Source: Desulfobulbus sp. (GTDB taxonomy: Bacteria > Desulfobacterota > Desulfobulbia > Desulfobulbales > Desulfobulbaceae). Taken from it: a DNA stretch of 64,000 nt. Below are positions 40,025-49,927 of this stretch, piece by piece (positions within the stretch are counted from its first letter, which is position 1; each line of letters begins with the position of its first letter). Both the position numbers and the translations under genes were made by a program. The notes under the pieces are model-generated. The model searched no databases, had not been told where the DNA came from, and was given only the letters and a program-made list of their open reading frames with translations. The stretch spans positions 52,696 to 116,695 of the forward strand of contig WQZH01000007.1 in the NCBI GenBank assembly GCA_009780825.1, in the 5' to 3' direction.

Positions 40025-41224
40025 TCATGATCTGGTTTTTTGGTGTAACTGATGGCGGCTGACAGCGGCATACACCGCCTGCAGCGGCACGCCGTGACAT
40101 TCGGCCACCCGGCGGCACACTTCGTATTCCGGAGCGATGATTTCCCCGGCTGGGGTGGCGATCTGCTTGGCCGCCAACTCGCCCCAGGGAGTGCCCACGG
40201 TGACTGTTTTCCGGGGCAGGGTCATCCGCTCCTCCCGCCGCAACCGCAGGCCGATGGTGCTGGTCTCGCTGAACAGCACCGCGGCGACGGCCAGCCGGAC
40301 GGCAGGCTCCACGATCACCCGCACCAGAAAACCGGGCCGTCCTTTTTTCATCTGGATCGGAATCAGACAGACATCCAGGGCCCCGGCGGCCAGCAGCCGT
40401 TCGCTGACATGGGGCCAGAATTCGGGGTTCCAATCGTCGAGATGGGTTTCGATCACCTCCACCATCTGGGCTTCGGTCACCTCCTCGGCCTGACCGAGCA
40501 TCAGGCGGAGCAGGTTGGGGCGGCCGTCGTTCCGCACCAGGGAACCCGCGCCATAGCCGGTCCGGGCAAGGCGCATCGGCGGCATTGGTCCGAAATCGCA
40601 CGCCAGCTCCCGGACCAGGGCCGCGCCGGTGGGCGTGACCAGTTCCTGGTCAAGATTCTCGCCTTGCACCGGCACTCCTGCCAGCAGTTGGCAAACCGCC
40701 GGTCCGGGCAGGGGGATTTCGCCATGGTCGCAGGTGACCCATCCCCGCGCCAGGGGCAGGGGCGAGCAGATCAACCGGTCGATGTCGAGGAAGGCGAACC
40801 CAGCCACTGTGCCGACAATATCGACAATGGCATCCACTGCGCCGACTTCGTGAAAATGGATGCTGTCGGCGGTGGTGCCGTGGGCCGCCGCCTCGGCCTC
40901 GGCCAGGCGCGTAAAGACAGCCAGGGCCGTGTCCCGGACCTGTGGCGGAATGGCGGCGGCCGCAAGCAGGCCGGCGATGTCGGCCAGGTGGCGATGTTCA
41001 TGGCCATGCGCGCCATGGTGGTGCGAATGGCCGCACGCCACCGTGACCTTGGTGGCGGCGAAACCCTGCACCACCTTGCGCTCCACCGCAAGACCGACCC
41101 CAGGGATCGATAATTTACTCAAAATGTCACGAAGATAGCTTTCGGAAACACCAACATCGAGCAGCGCCCCGAGCAGCATGTCGCCGCTGACGCCGGAAAA
41201 ACAATCGAGATAAGCCGTTTGCAT
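40025..41224 (-). CDS. larC: Nickel-pincer cofactor biosynthesis protein LarC
   Basis: YLDCFSGVSGDM, His-rich loop HSHHHGAHGHEHRH, HFHEVGAVD, TPTGAAL, MKKGRPG, PEYE. Confidence 0.93.
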   Translation of the reverse strand: MQTAYLDCFSGVSGDMLLGALLDVGVSESYLRDILSKLSIPGVGLAVERKVVQGFAATKVTVACGHSHHHGAHGHEHRHLADIAGLLAAAAIPPQVRDTALAVFTRLAEAEAAAHGTTADSIHFHEVGAVDAIVDIVGTVAGFAFLDIDRLICSPLPLARGWVTCDHGEIPLPGPAVCQLLAGVPVQGENLDQELVTPTGAALVRELACDFGPMPPMRLARTGYGAGSLVRNDGRPNLLRLMLGQAEEVTEAQMVEVIETHLDDWNPEFWPHVSERLLAAGALDVCLIPIQMKKGRPGFLVRVIVEPAVRLAVAAVLFSETSTIGLRLRREERMTLPRKTVTVGTPWGELAAKQIATPAGEIIAPEYEVCRRVAECHGVPLQAVYAAVSRHQLHQKTRS

Positions 41225-42165
41225 CAGACGATCCTGGCACCGGGAAGAATGGGGAGACCGCGCAGACAGGCTCCCGCGCCCATCCGCTTCTTGCCCTCCG
41301 GCTGCATTTCCCGGATAAGCAGGCAGTCGGCACCGGTGGCCACCAGCAGGCCTTGGCTGTCGGCCCGGCAGATGGCGCCGGGTGGGTCGCTGGCGCGGAC
41401 TGGCACGATTTCAGGGGAGAAAAAACGAAAACGCCTGCCGTCGATGAACCCGTAGGCCGAAGGCCAAGGATCAAGCCCCCGGATCAGGCTATGAAGGCGG
41501 CAGGCCGGCAGGGTCCAGTCGAGATGACCCATCTCTTTCTTGAGCATCGGCGCATAACTGGCCAGAGCATGCTCCTGCGGCCCTGCTGCCAGACATCCCG
41601 CTTGCAGGAGGGCAACGGCATCAACCAAAGTTGCCCCGCCCAGCAGGGCCAACCGGTCGAACAGTTCGCCCGCCGTATCCTGCTGCCCGATAGGGGCAGC
41701 GGCGGACAGCAGGATATCGCCGGTGTCCAGTCCCGCGTCCATCTGCATGATGGTGATGCCGGTTTCGCTCTCGCCGTTGATCACCGCCCATTGGATCGGA
41801 GCGGCGCCCCGGTATTTGGGCAGGAGCGAGCCGTGGACATTGATCGCGCCCAGGCGCGGCAGATCGAGCAGTGTCTGGGGCAGGATTTTGCCGTAGGCGG
41901 TCACCACCAACAGATCCGGGGTTAACGCCTGGATCTGTGCCAAAAAGGCTTCGGCGCGCACCGACTCGGGCTGCAGCACCAGAATATGGTGGCGTTCGGC
42001 CAGAACCTTGACCGGCGACGGACTCACTTTTTTGCCCCGGCCCCGTTCCCGGTCAGGCTGGCAAACCACGGCCACCACCTGGTCTGGACCGTTCAGCAGG
42101 GCCTGGAGCGAAGGCACGGCAAAATCCGGCGTACCCATGAAGATAATCCGCAAGGATGCGCTCAT
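41224..42165 (-). CDS. fmt: Methionyl-tRNA formyltransferase
   Basis: IFMGTPDFA, CQPDR..GRG, NVHGSLLP.YRGAAPI, MDAGLDTG. Confidence 0.97.
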   Translation of the reverse strand: MSASLRIIFMGTPDFAVPSLQALLNGPDQVVAVVCQPDRERGRGKKVSPSPVKVLAERHHILVLQPESVRAEAFLAQIQALTPDLLVVTAYGKILPQTLLDLPRLGAINVHGSLLPKYRGAAPIQWAVINGESETGITIMQMDAGLDTGDILLSAAAPIGQQDTAGELFDRLALLGGATLVDAVALLQAGCLAAGPQEHALASYAPMLKKEMGHLDWTLPACRLHSLIRGLDPWPSAYGFIDGRRFRFFSPEIVPVRASDPPGAICRADSQGLLVATGADCLLIREMQPEGKKRMGAGACLRGLPILPGARIV

Positions 42166-42671
42166 TCCCGTTCCTGGAGGATCTTTTTCAGTTTCTTTTT
42201 ATACAGGGCGCGTTTGAGCAAACTCAGCCGATCAATGAACAGGGTGCCGCGCAGATGATCGACCTCATGCTGGATGATGCGGGCGTAACGGTCTTCGGCA
42301 TCGAATTCGAGCGGATTGCCCTCCACATCCTGGGCGGTGACGTGAATTTTGCGAAACCGCTCAACCTTGGAGTAGCACTCGGCCACGCTCAGGCAGCCCT
42401 CTTCGTCAACGACGCGACCCTCGCCCGCGCTGATGACCGGATTGATCAAGGTGATGTAGGTGTGTTCGTTCTTCGCAACGGAGCGGTCGACCACCACCAC
42501 CTGCCGGGCAATGCCGATCTGGTTGGCCGCCAGGCCGACGCCAGGGGCGTGGTACATGGTTGCCGCCATGTCCGCGACCAGGTTTTTCAGCTCCTGATCA
42601 AAGATGGTTATGGGCTCCGCCTCTTGCCGGAGGACCGGATGCGGGTAGGTGATGATCGTTCGTAGGGGCAT
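42162..42671 (-). CDS. def: Peptide deformylase
   Basis: GVGLAANQ, EGCLS, QHEVDH. Confidence 0.97.
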   Translation of the reverse strand: MPLRTIITYPHPVLRQEAEPITIFDQELKNLVADMAATMYHAPGVGLAANQIGIARQVVVVDRSVAKNEHTYITLINPVISAGEGRVVDEEGCLSVAECYSKVERFRKIHVTAQDVEGNPLEFDAEDRYARIIQHEVDHLRGTLFIDRLSLLKRALYKKKLKKILQERE

Positions 42672-42839
42672 ACGTATCGGTTAGAGCTGCGTGAAGGCGC
42701 CGTCATTCTACCAAAGGCATCGTGTATGTAATAAGTTTACGGGTCAAAGTAAAGGTATCTGCGATGGATTCCGCGCGGGGGTCGCTTGTTTTTCGACTTT
42801 TTTTTGTGTAGGGTGCGAACCATTGTGAATGGATGCGAG

Positions 42840-43706
42840 ATGATCGAACAAGAAGCGCTGGCGCCTGGTCTGGCCCTGCTGCGGCAGCCTGTCCTACCCC
42901 TGGTGACCATTGTCCAGTTCCTGTATCTGACCGGCGACTTTGGCTCGGCGGCCGCAGTGATCGGCCAATTGACCGAAGAGATCGAAACCCCCTTCGCCCG
43001 GTACCCGAACCCGGCCGCCACCCTGACGCCCTACGCCGATCTGCTTCAACCTCTGGAGGCATTGAAGGCGGAAGCCCAGCCAGCGGAACAGGTGATTGAC
43101 GCCAGCGGCCAGCCGGTGGATCCCATGACCGCGGCCACGGCCCTGGTGGCCCAGCGCGTTCTCACCCGCGAACTGGAGCGGATCAACAGCCTGCTGTGCG
43201 CGCCCTGCGGCTGCGCGCTCTGCTGCGTTGGCCCGGATGCGGCCATGACGCACAGGTATTTTGAAATTCCGCTGCGGCCCGAAGAAACCGGGCTGTTTCC
43301 GGTGGAACGGATCGAATCCGCCCCGGCGAAAACGCGACGGCCGGACGACGAACCACCACTGCGGGTGCATGGCCGGGAATTCTTCGACCGCGCCGATCCG
43401 GTGCTGATCCGCTGGCAGCCCGGCTGGAGCCTGATTCTGCCCGAGGAAAGCCGCTGCCCCAACCTGGAGCCATCATCGGGCTGCTGCCGGATCTATGACA
43501 ACCGGCCGCAGGTCTGCCGCAGGCCGCAGATCTTTCCCTACGTAGTGGAGCCGGTGCCCGCCGCTGCGGGCCAACCGGTTTTCCGCCTGCGCCGGACGTT
43601 GCTGGCCGTAATGGACTGCCCTTATGTGCGCCAGCTTCAGGAGGCCATCGCGGCCTTTGCCGCCGCCAGCGAACTGGACATGATAGTGCGGCACAACAAG
43701 GCCTGA
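42840..43706 (+). CDS. YkgJ-family cysteine-cluster protein
   Basis: CAPCGCALCC and CPNL....CCRIYDNRPQVCR. Confidence 0.8.
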   Translation: MIEQEALAPGLALLRQPVLPLVTIVQFLYLTGDFGSAAAVIGQLTEEIETPFARYPNPAATLTPYADLLQPLEALKAEAQPAEQVIDASGQPVDPMTAATALVAQRVLTRELERINSLLCAPCGCALCCVGPDAAMTHRYFEIPLRPEETGLFPVERIESAPAKTRRPDDEPPLRVHGREFFDRADPVLIRWQPGWSLILPEESRCPNLEPSSGCCRIYDNRPQVCRRPQIFPYVVEPVPAAAGQPVFRLRRTLLAVMDCPYVRQLQEAIAAFAAASELDMIVRHNKA

Positions 43707-43745
43707 TTGTATACCAACCACTGCCGCCCAACCAAGGGAACGCTT

Positions 43746-44366
43746 ATGTTGTTTCTATTGTTCACCGCACTTCCGTGCATCCTCGGATCGTATCTCATCG
43801 GCGCCATCCCCTTTGGCCTGCTGTTGTCCCGAGGCAGCGGCATCGACATCCGTACCCAGGGCAGCAGGAACATCGGCGCCACCAACGTGACCCGCCTGCT
43901 CGGCAAGAAAATAGGCGTCCTGACCCTGTGTTGCGATATGCTCAAGGGATACCTGCCGATGTTTGTCGTCTCCCTGCTGCTGCGCACCGATCCCAACCAC
44001 GATCTGGTGGTCGCCCTCTGCGGCGCGGCCACGGTGCTTGGCCACATCTTCCCGGTCTATCTGCGATTCAAAGGGGGCAAAGGTGTGGCCACCGCCCTCG
44101 GCGCCTTTCTCTATCTTGCCCCGCTGGCGACCTTGGGCTGCCTGCTGATCTTTGCGATCACCGTTGTCCTCTCCGGTTATGTCTCGCTCGGCTCGCTTCT
44201 TGGTTCAGCCTCGATTCTGGTCATGTTGCTGGTGCTCCGGGTCCCGGTATGGAAATTCTGGCTGGCAGCCGGCATCGTCTTGTTGATCTGGCTCAAGCAT
44301 CACCAGAACATCAAACGCCTGCTCAGCGGCACTGAAAAGAGCTGGCAGAAAAAGGACAACGGATGA
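43746..44366 (+). CDS. plsY: Glycerol-3-phosphate 1-O-acyltransferase
   Basis: GSRNIGATNV.R, DMLKG, GHIFPVYL.FKGGKGVAT, KHHQNI.RL. Confidence 0.96.
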   Translation: MLFLLFTALPCILGSYLIGAIPFGLLLSRGSGIDIRTQGSRNIGATNVTRLLGKKIGVLTLCCDMLKGYLPMFVVSLLLRTDPNHDLVVALCGAATVLGHIFPVYLRFKGGKGVATALGAFLYLAPLATLGCLLIFAITVVLSGYVSLGSLLGSASILVMLLVLRVPVWKFWLAAGIVLLIWLKHHQNIKRLLSGTEKSWQKKDNG

Positions 44367-44704
44367 ACGCCGGAGAGTGGCAGGCCATCGAACGGGCCAG
44401 AGAGGTGCTGCGGCTCCCCGAGCGAGCGAGCGTGACCGAGATCAAGCGCAACTACCGCCGCCTGTGCAAGCAACACCATCCGGATACCGCCGCAACAAGC
44501 GGCCAGGAGGCCGTCAGCGAACAGATGTACCGGATCACAGCGGCCTACGAGTTGTTGATGCGGCATTGCAACGAGTACCGTTTCCCCCTGACGAGGGAAG
44601 AAGCGGGGGAGGCCGGACCCGATATATACGATCCCGAAGACTGGTGGCAGGTCCGGTTTGGACAAGATCCACTGTGGAGCGGCCGCAAGACCCGGAGGCG
44701 GTGA
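44363..44704 (+). CDS. J-domain protein
   Basis: IKRNYRRLCKQHHPD (HPD motif). Confidence 0.88.
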   Translation: MNAGEWQAIERAREVLRLPERASVTEIKRNYRRLCKQHHPDTAATSGQEAVSEQMYRITAAYELLMRHCNEYRFPLTREEAGEAGPDIYDPEDWWQVRFGQDPLWSGRKTRRR

Positions 44705-44760
44705 CAGAACGCCATACGCCGCTGAATCGTCCCCACCCGGTCATACATAAGGAGCATGGA

Positions 44761-45633
44761 ATGCAGATTCCTCAATTGATCAAGCAGCGAAGCCCGTTTG
44801 TTTCCCTGGAATTCTTTCCCCCAAAAAAGCAGGAGGAATGGCCTGGTTTCCTGGAAACGGCCAACGAACTTGGCCGGCTGCGGCCGCTGTTTGCATCGGT
44901 GACCTATGGCGCCGGCGGCTCCACCCAGTCCAACACCCTGGAGATCTGCGGGCGGCTGATCGACTCCTGTGGCTTCGAGGTCATGCCGCATCTCACCGGG
45001 GTCACGGCCAGCAGGGAAAAAATCGACGGATTCATCAAGGCGATCCGCACACTGGGGATCGACAATGTCCTTGCCCTGCGCGGCGACCGCCCCGCCGGCT
45101 ACACCGGCACCGATGCCGAGCTGTTCGCCGCCTTCCCCCATGCCGCAGACCTGGTGACCTACATCCGCCAGCACCATCCGGACCTGGCCATCGGCGTGGC
45201 CGGATTTCCTGAAGCCCATGCCGAAGCGCCCTCCTTTGCCGCCGACTTGGCGGTGATGCAACGCAAGGCGGCATGCGGGGCCGATTTCGTCATCACTCAA
45301 CTGTATTTCGACAACCGGGTCTATTTCGATTACGTGGACCGGCTGCGGGCCCTTGGCGTGACCGTGCCGATCCTGCCGGGCATTCTGCCGATCCGCAACC
45401 TGGCCTCCCTGCGCTTTGTCCTGGAAATGTGCAACGCCCGCATCCCCGGCCGCCTGGTCAATGCCCTGACCAAGGCCCATGAGCAGGGCGGAGCCGCGGC
45501 GGTGTACGAAATCGGCGTGGCCTATGCCCGGGAGCAGATCAGGGGACTGCTCGCAGGCGGCGCCCCGGGCATTCATCTCTACACCCTCAACAAGGCGGAC
45601 ATGTGCCTGGCGGTCACGGACGGTCTGCTCTGA
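44761..45633 (+). CDS. metF: 5,10-methylenetetrahydrofolate reductase
   Basis: SLEFFPPK, SVTYGAGGS, LALRGD, GADFVITQLYFD, HLYTLN; AAGGAG RBS. Confidence 0.95.
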   Translation: MQIPQLIKQRSPFVSLEFFPPKKQEEWPGFLETANELGRLRPLFASVTYGAGGSTQSNTLEICGRLIDSCGFEVMPHLTGVTASREKIDGFIKAIRTLGIDNVLALRGDRPAGYTGTDAELFAAFPHAADLVTYIRQHHPDLAIGVAGFPEAHAEAPSFAADLAVMQRKAACGADFVITQLYFDNRVYFDYVDRLRALGVTVPILPGILPIRNLASLRFVLEMCNARIPGRLVNALTKAHEQGGAAAVYEIGVAYAREQIRGLLAGGAPGIHLYTLNKADMCLAVTDGLL

Positions 45634-45780
45634 TCCGGGTTACAGGCTATGGGCTATTGCCAGGGTTCGCAGGCTCGCCTCAACCCATGAGCTTTTTACG
45701 GCACAAAAAACGCTCCCTTGCGTTCTACGCTGGCCTGCAGTCGTGAACCGCACAACAGTAACTTTTGCCAGGAGATGAAC

Positions 45781-46809
45781 ATGAACCCTTTCGACCGCCT
45801 CCGACGTGAAATGTCGGGCTACATGCAGGTGAGCATCCTCGCGGCGCTGGCTGAACTCGATTTCGGCACTGTTATTCTGGCAAACGGCAACAGCCGCAGT
45901 GCCGTCGAACTCGCCGACCATTGCTCGTGTGACCGGCATGGCACCGAAGTGCTGCTCGACGCCCTCTCGGCCATGGGTTACCTGCTCAAATCAGGCGCAG
46001 GCGGCAACGCCCGCTATTCGGTAGCCGAGGAGTACACGCCATATCTGGACAGCCGCCATCCTTCGACCTTCATCCCCATGATGCGCCACATGGCCTGCGG
46101 ACAGCGCACTTGGGCGCGGCTTACCTGGTCGGTAAAGGACGGTAAACCGCAGGAAGGGCAATCCAGCATTCTGGGCGAAGAACAGGACAGGATATCGTTC
46201 ATCATGGGCATGCACTCCATCGCGGCCAAGCTGGTGGATGGCGTCATGCAGTCATTGCGCAAGGCCGGAGTGCTGCCTTGCGGCAAGCCAAACCCACGTA
46301 TTCTGGATATAGGCGGCGCGTCCGGCACGTACACCGAAGCGTTTCTCAAGGAACTGCCGGGAAGCTCGGCGACGATATTCGATCTGCCCGTGGGCATCGC
46401 CCAGGCGAGAACCCGTTTCAGGGGTTCGGCTATGGAAGCGCGGGTTACGCTGGTGGAAGGAGACTTCACCAAAGTCTCCCTGCCGACAGGCTTCGATTTC
46501 GCGTGGATAAGCGCCATCATCCACCAGATGAACCGGAGCGGGAGCCGCATGCTCTACGCCAAGGCGCTGGATGCGCTGAATCCCGGCGGCCTGGTGGGCG
46601 TGCGCGACTATGTGATGAGCGAGAACCGTCTCTCCCCGATGGATGGTGCTCTTTTCGGGATCAACATGTTTGTCAATACCCCAAACGGCATGGTGTACAC
46701 CTACGGGGAAATCAAAGAAGACCTGGAACAGGCGGGATTCGTCAACGTGACGCACGCCGTGGATGTGCCCACCATGGCCGCCGTGGTCACTGCGAACAAG
46801 CCGGAATAG
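45781..46809 (+). CDS. O-methyltransferase (dimerisation domain plus Methyltransf_2)
   Basis: ILDIGGASGT, IFDLP, VEGDF, ISAIIHQ, LNPGG. Confidence 0.88.
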   Translation: MNPFDRLRREMSGYMQVSILAALAELDFGTVILANGNSRSAVELADHCSCDRHGTEVLLDALSAMGYLLKSGAGGNARYSVAEEYTPYLDSRHPSTFIPMMRHMACGQRTWARLTWSVKDGKPQEGQSSILGEEQDRISFIMGMHSIAAKLVDGVMQSLRKAGVLPCGKPNPRILDIGGASGTYTEAFLKELPGSSATIFDLPVGIAQARTRFRGSAMEARVTLVEGDFTKVSLPTGFDFAWISAIIHQMNRSGSRMLYAKALDALNPGGLVGVRDYVMSENRLSPMDGALFGINMFVNTPNGMVYTYGEIKEDLEQAGFVNVTHAVDVPTMAAVVTANKPE

Positions 46810-47009
46810 CACGACCCTCCGAGCGCCTGGTGGTTCCTTGATCTGATCCGCCCTGACAGGTAGGGCACAAAATAGTCAAGTCCCGGCAATGGAGTTGCTG
46901 TGGATCTCGGGTGACGAAGCCATCAGGGTTTCAATGCTCTATTTTTGGGTGCGGCTCAAAGACAAGAAGAAACCGCTGTTACCGGTCCAAACTAAGGGGA
47001 CCACATTCT

Positions 47010-49154
47010 ATGAATGACCTGTCTTGTATTCCTTTGTGGTTACTAAACGCCTCGACGCATCAGTTGATTGTTGGCGGAGTGCTCTTTGTTTTGCTGACCT
47101 TATTTGTTTGTCGCTTTCTTCCGCCTGCCTGCTGGCATATCTTCCGGCTGTGGCGGATAGCAAAAGAGCTGCAAAAGATTCCAAAAGAACTCACCCCGGA
47201 AGAAACTCTTGCCGCCATCGAAACGATATTTTCGCGGCACCATAGACGCCTCCGTCATCTGTGGAACGAGTATCAGGAAACCTTACACCGGCAGTGTGAA
47301 GAACGCGACGGCGAGCTGCACACCAAGGCAGTGCGGGCCACGGTTCCGGCGGAACTCTATTTCAACGGCCAGGCGCTGGTGGAAGACTGGTTGGACACTG
47401 AGTTGTATAAGCACTTACCCGGCATTTTTACTGGATTGGGGATCATCGGCACTTTTTCCGGACTAATCATCGGCCTGGCAGCCTTTCATGTCAGTGAAAA
47501 TCCCGGCAAAGCCCGGGAAAGCTTGCAAGCTCTGATGCATACGGTCAGCGAAGCCTTTCTGGTGTCCGCCGGAGCGATCATTACCGCCATGGTGGTGACC
47601 TTTCTGGAAAAATCCCTGGTCGCTATTTTACTGCGCAAAGCCGAAGCCATCGCTCGCGCCCTTGATGAACGCTTTGATAGTGGCGTGGGAGAGGAATATC
47701 TGTCGCGGCTGGTCAAGGCTTCGGAGGAATCGGCCAGCCAGGCGAGAATCCTCAAGGATGCCCTGGTGGGAGAACTGAAGGTGATGTTGACGAATCTGAC
47801 GGATTCGCAGATTCAGAGCAACCAGCAACTCCATCACGCGCTCGTCCGGGAATTGAACAGTAATTTTCAGGGACAGGCCAACAGCATCAGCGAAAGCATC
47901 AGAGAGAGTTTGCAGCAACCACTGCAAGACATCGCCAAGACGGTGCAATCCGCCAGCGGTGAGCAGGGCGAGGCCGCCGTGCTCATGTTGCAGTGGGTGA
48001 TGGAGCGATTCGGCGCCGACCTGCAAACATTGCTGGGCGGACAGATCAATGGTTTGCAGGGGTTGAATGACCAGGCCGCCCAAGCCATGGAAAACGCGGT
48101 GACTTCCCTTAACACGCTGGTGAATGCGCTGACGGCCAGCGGCCAGCAATCCGCCAAAGACATGGCGGCGCGAATGGCCTCGGCGGTCGCGGATATGAAA
48201 ACCGAACTCTCCGGTATCAGCGGTGCGATGCGGCAGGCGGTGGAGGCGATTACCGCGCAGGTGGGCGCATCACAGGAAGAGACGGACCGGAAGCTCCAGG
48301 AAACCTTGGGTAAAATTGATGTGACCCTCTCCGCCTTGCTGGAAAAGATTCAGGTTTCCCAGGCTGGCATGATGCAGGAGATGGAAAAGTCGCAAGGCGA
48401 AATGGCCCAAACGCTGCACAATGCCGCCACCGGCATCACCGGCGGCATGGACAATATGCTGGGCAAGCTGGATGCCACCATGCGCGGCATGGAAACCAGC
48501 GTGGACCGACTCGGCGGCGCAGTCACGGATGCCATCAACAAGATGGATGCCGGGGCAGCGGCGTTGAATACCGCCGCTGGCCGTTTCGCTCAAGCCGGAG
48601 AAAGCGTCAGCCGGGCCATGGCGCAGAGCGAAACAGTCAGCGCCCATTTTGGCAAGGCATCCGATGACGTGCTGACAGCCACGCACATGCTGGATAACGT
48701 GTCGGCGCAACTCGGCCAGACATCCCAATCGGTGGCCGCCTCGCTCGCCGACTACCAGAACCAACGCAACCTGGTCGTTCAGGTCCTGGAAGATTTGAAA
48801 ACCACCATCGGCCAGGCGAAACAAGAGGCCAGCCTGACAGAAAACATCTTGCGCCGCATGGAAGGTTCCGCCGCAAAACTTGCCACCGCCCAGAAAAATA
48901 TGGACGAATATCTCGAAAAAGTGAGTGCTGTGTTGTCAACGTCCTCCAACGCCTTCCGAACCTCTGTCACCGATACGCTGAAACAGGTCAATCATGAATT
49001 TCTCAACCACCTGGAGACGGCCGTCAAGATGCTCAATACCTCCATCCAGGAATTGGAGGTGACTGTAGTCGGCGCCCAGGCAGGACGCAGCCCGTCAACA
49101 ACATCCCCTGTTTCATCATCGGCTGTGACCAGCACCGGGATGAGGCGTAGATAA
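47010..49154 (+). CDS. zorA: Zorya type I ZorA (MotA-like, with long helical tail)
   Basis: KHLPGIFTGLGIIGTF.GL and DSGVGEEYL..LVK.SEES..QAR.LK match ZorA as I recall it. Long coiled-coil C-terminal tail; AAGGGG RBS. Confidence 0.92.
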   Translation: MNDLSCIPLWLLNASTHQLIVGGVLFVLLTLFVCRFLPPACWHIFRLWRIAKELQKIPKELTPEETLAAIETIFSRHHRRLRHLWNEYQETLHRQCEERDGELHTKAVRATVPAELYFNGQALVEDWLDTELYKHLPGIFTGLGIIGTFSGLIIGLAAFHVSENPGKARESLQALMHTVSEAFLVSAGAIITAMVVTFLEKSLVAILLRKAEAIARALDERFDSGVGEEYLSRLVKASEESASQARILKDALVGELKVMLTNLTDSQIQSNQQLHHALVRELNSNFQGQANSISESIRESLQQPLQDIAKTVQSASGEQGEAAVLMLQWVMERFGADLQTLLGGQINGLQGLNDQAAQAMENAVTSLNTLVNALTASGQQSAKDMAARMASAVADMKTELSGISGAMRQAVEAITAQVGASQEETDRKLQETLGKIDVTLSALLEKIQVSQAGMMQEMEKSQGEMAQTLHNAATGITGGMDNMLGKLDATMRGMETSVDRLGGAVTDAINKMDAGAAALNTAAGRFAQAGESVSRAMAQSETVSAHFGKASDDVLTATHMLDNVSAQLGQTSQSVAASLADYQNQRNLVVQVLEDLKTTIGQAKQEASLTENILRRMEGSAAKLATAQKNMDEYLEKVSAVLSTSSNAFRTSVTDTLKQVNHEFLNHLETAVKMLNTSIQELEVTVVGAQAGRSPSTTSPVSSSAVTSTGMRRR

Positions 49155-49927
49155 TGAAAGGCGCGAGATTCATCCTGGCAAAAAAGCGGACGGACGAGGA
49201 AGAAAAGCCCTTCTGGATTTCCTTCGCCGATCTGATGACCGCCTTGATGGTGCTGTTTCTCGTGGCCATGGCGGTGGCGCTGTTGGCTGTCACCAAGACC
49301 GCGAGCGAGCGGGAGCAAAAGGAGGCGGCGCACCGACAAGACATCAAACAGGTGATGGAGCGTTTTGCCGAAGCCGCTGAAAAATTTGAGGGGATTCATG
49401 TCAATGTCGATGAGGCTAAGGAGCGTTGCGTCATCTACTTCGACAAGGAACTCCTTTTCTCTGACAACAGTTGTAACCTGACAAAAGACCAAGAACGGGA
49501 GTTACGCGTCTTTGTGCCGGAGATGCTCGATCGGGCGAACCGGGACGCGGTAGGCAAACGGGTGATCAAGCGCTTTGTCCTCGAAGGCTACACCGACAAT
49601 AATGGCTCCTATCTGTTCAACGTCAATCTGAGCCTGCTACGTAGCCAACGGGTACTCTGTGCCCTGTTCGCTACCACGGGAACGGAACTGTTATCGGATG
49701 AGCAAAAGAAAGAAGTGCGTGATCTGTTTTTGGTCGGCGGCTATTCGTTCAATGCCGCCAAATCGACTGAAGAGGAAAGCCGCCGCGTGGAAATGCGTGT
49801 GGAATTTTTGGGGATTGATGAAAAACGACCAGAACCGCCGAAAAGCGACAAATTCGGCGAATGCGTCATCCTAACTGAGTGCAAATCGCGAAAAAAAAGC
49901 CATCAGAGCAGAGATGAAGGCAATTGA
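49154..49927 (+). CDS. zorB: Zorya ZorB (MotB/OmpA-like)
   Basis: EEKPFWISFADLMTALMVLFLV (channel Asp), EGYTD, NLSLLRSQRV, SRRVE; TAATG overlap with zorA. Confidence 0.93.
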   Translation: MKGARFILAKKRTDEEEKPFWISFADLMTALMVLFLVAMAVALLAVTKTASEREQKEAAHRQDIKQVMERFAEAAEKFEGIHVNVDEAKERCVIYFDKELLFSDNSCNLTKDQERELRVFVPEMLDRANRDAVGKRVIKRFVLEGYTDNNGSYLFNVNLSLLRSQRVLCALFATTGTELLSDEQKKEVRDLFLVGGYSFNAAKSTEEESRRVEMRVEFLGIDEKRPEPPKSDKFGECVILTECKSRKKSHQSRDEGN

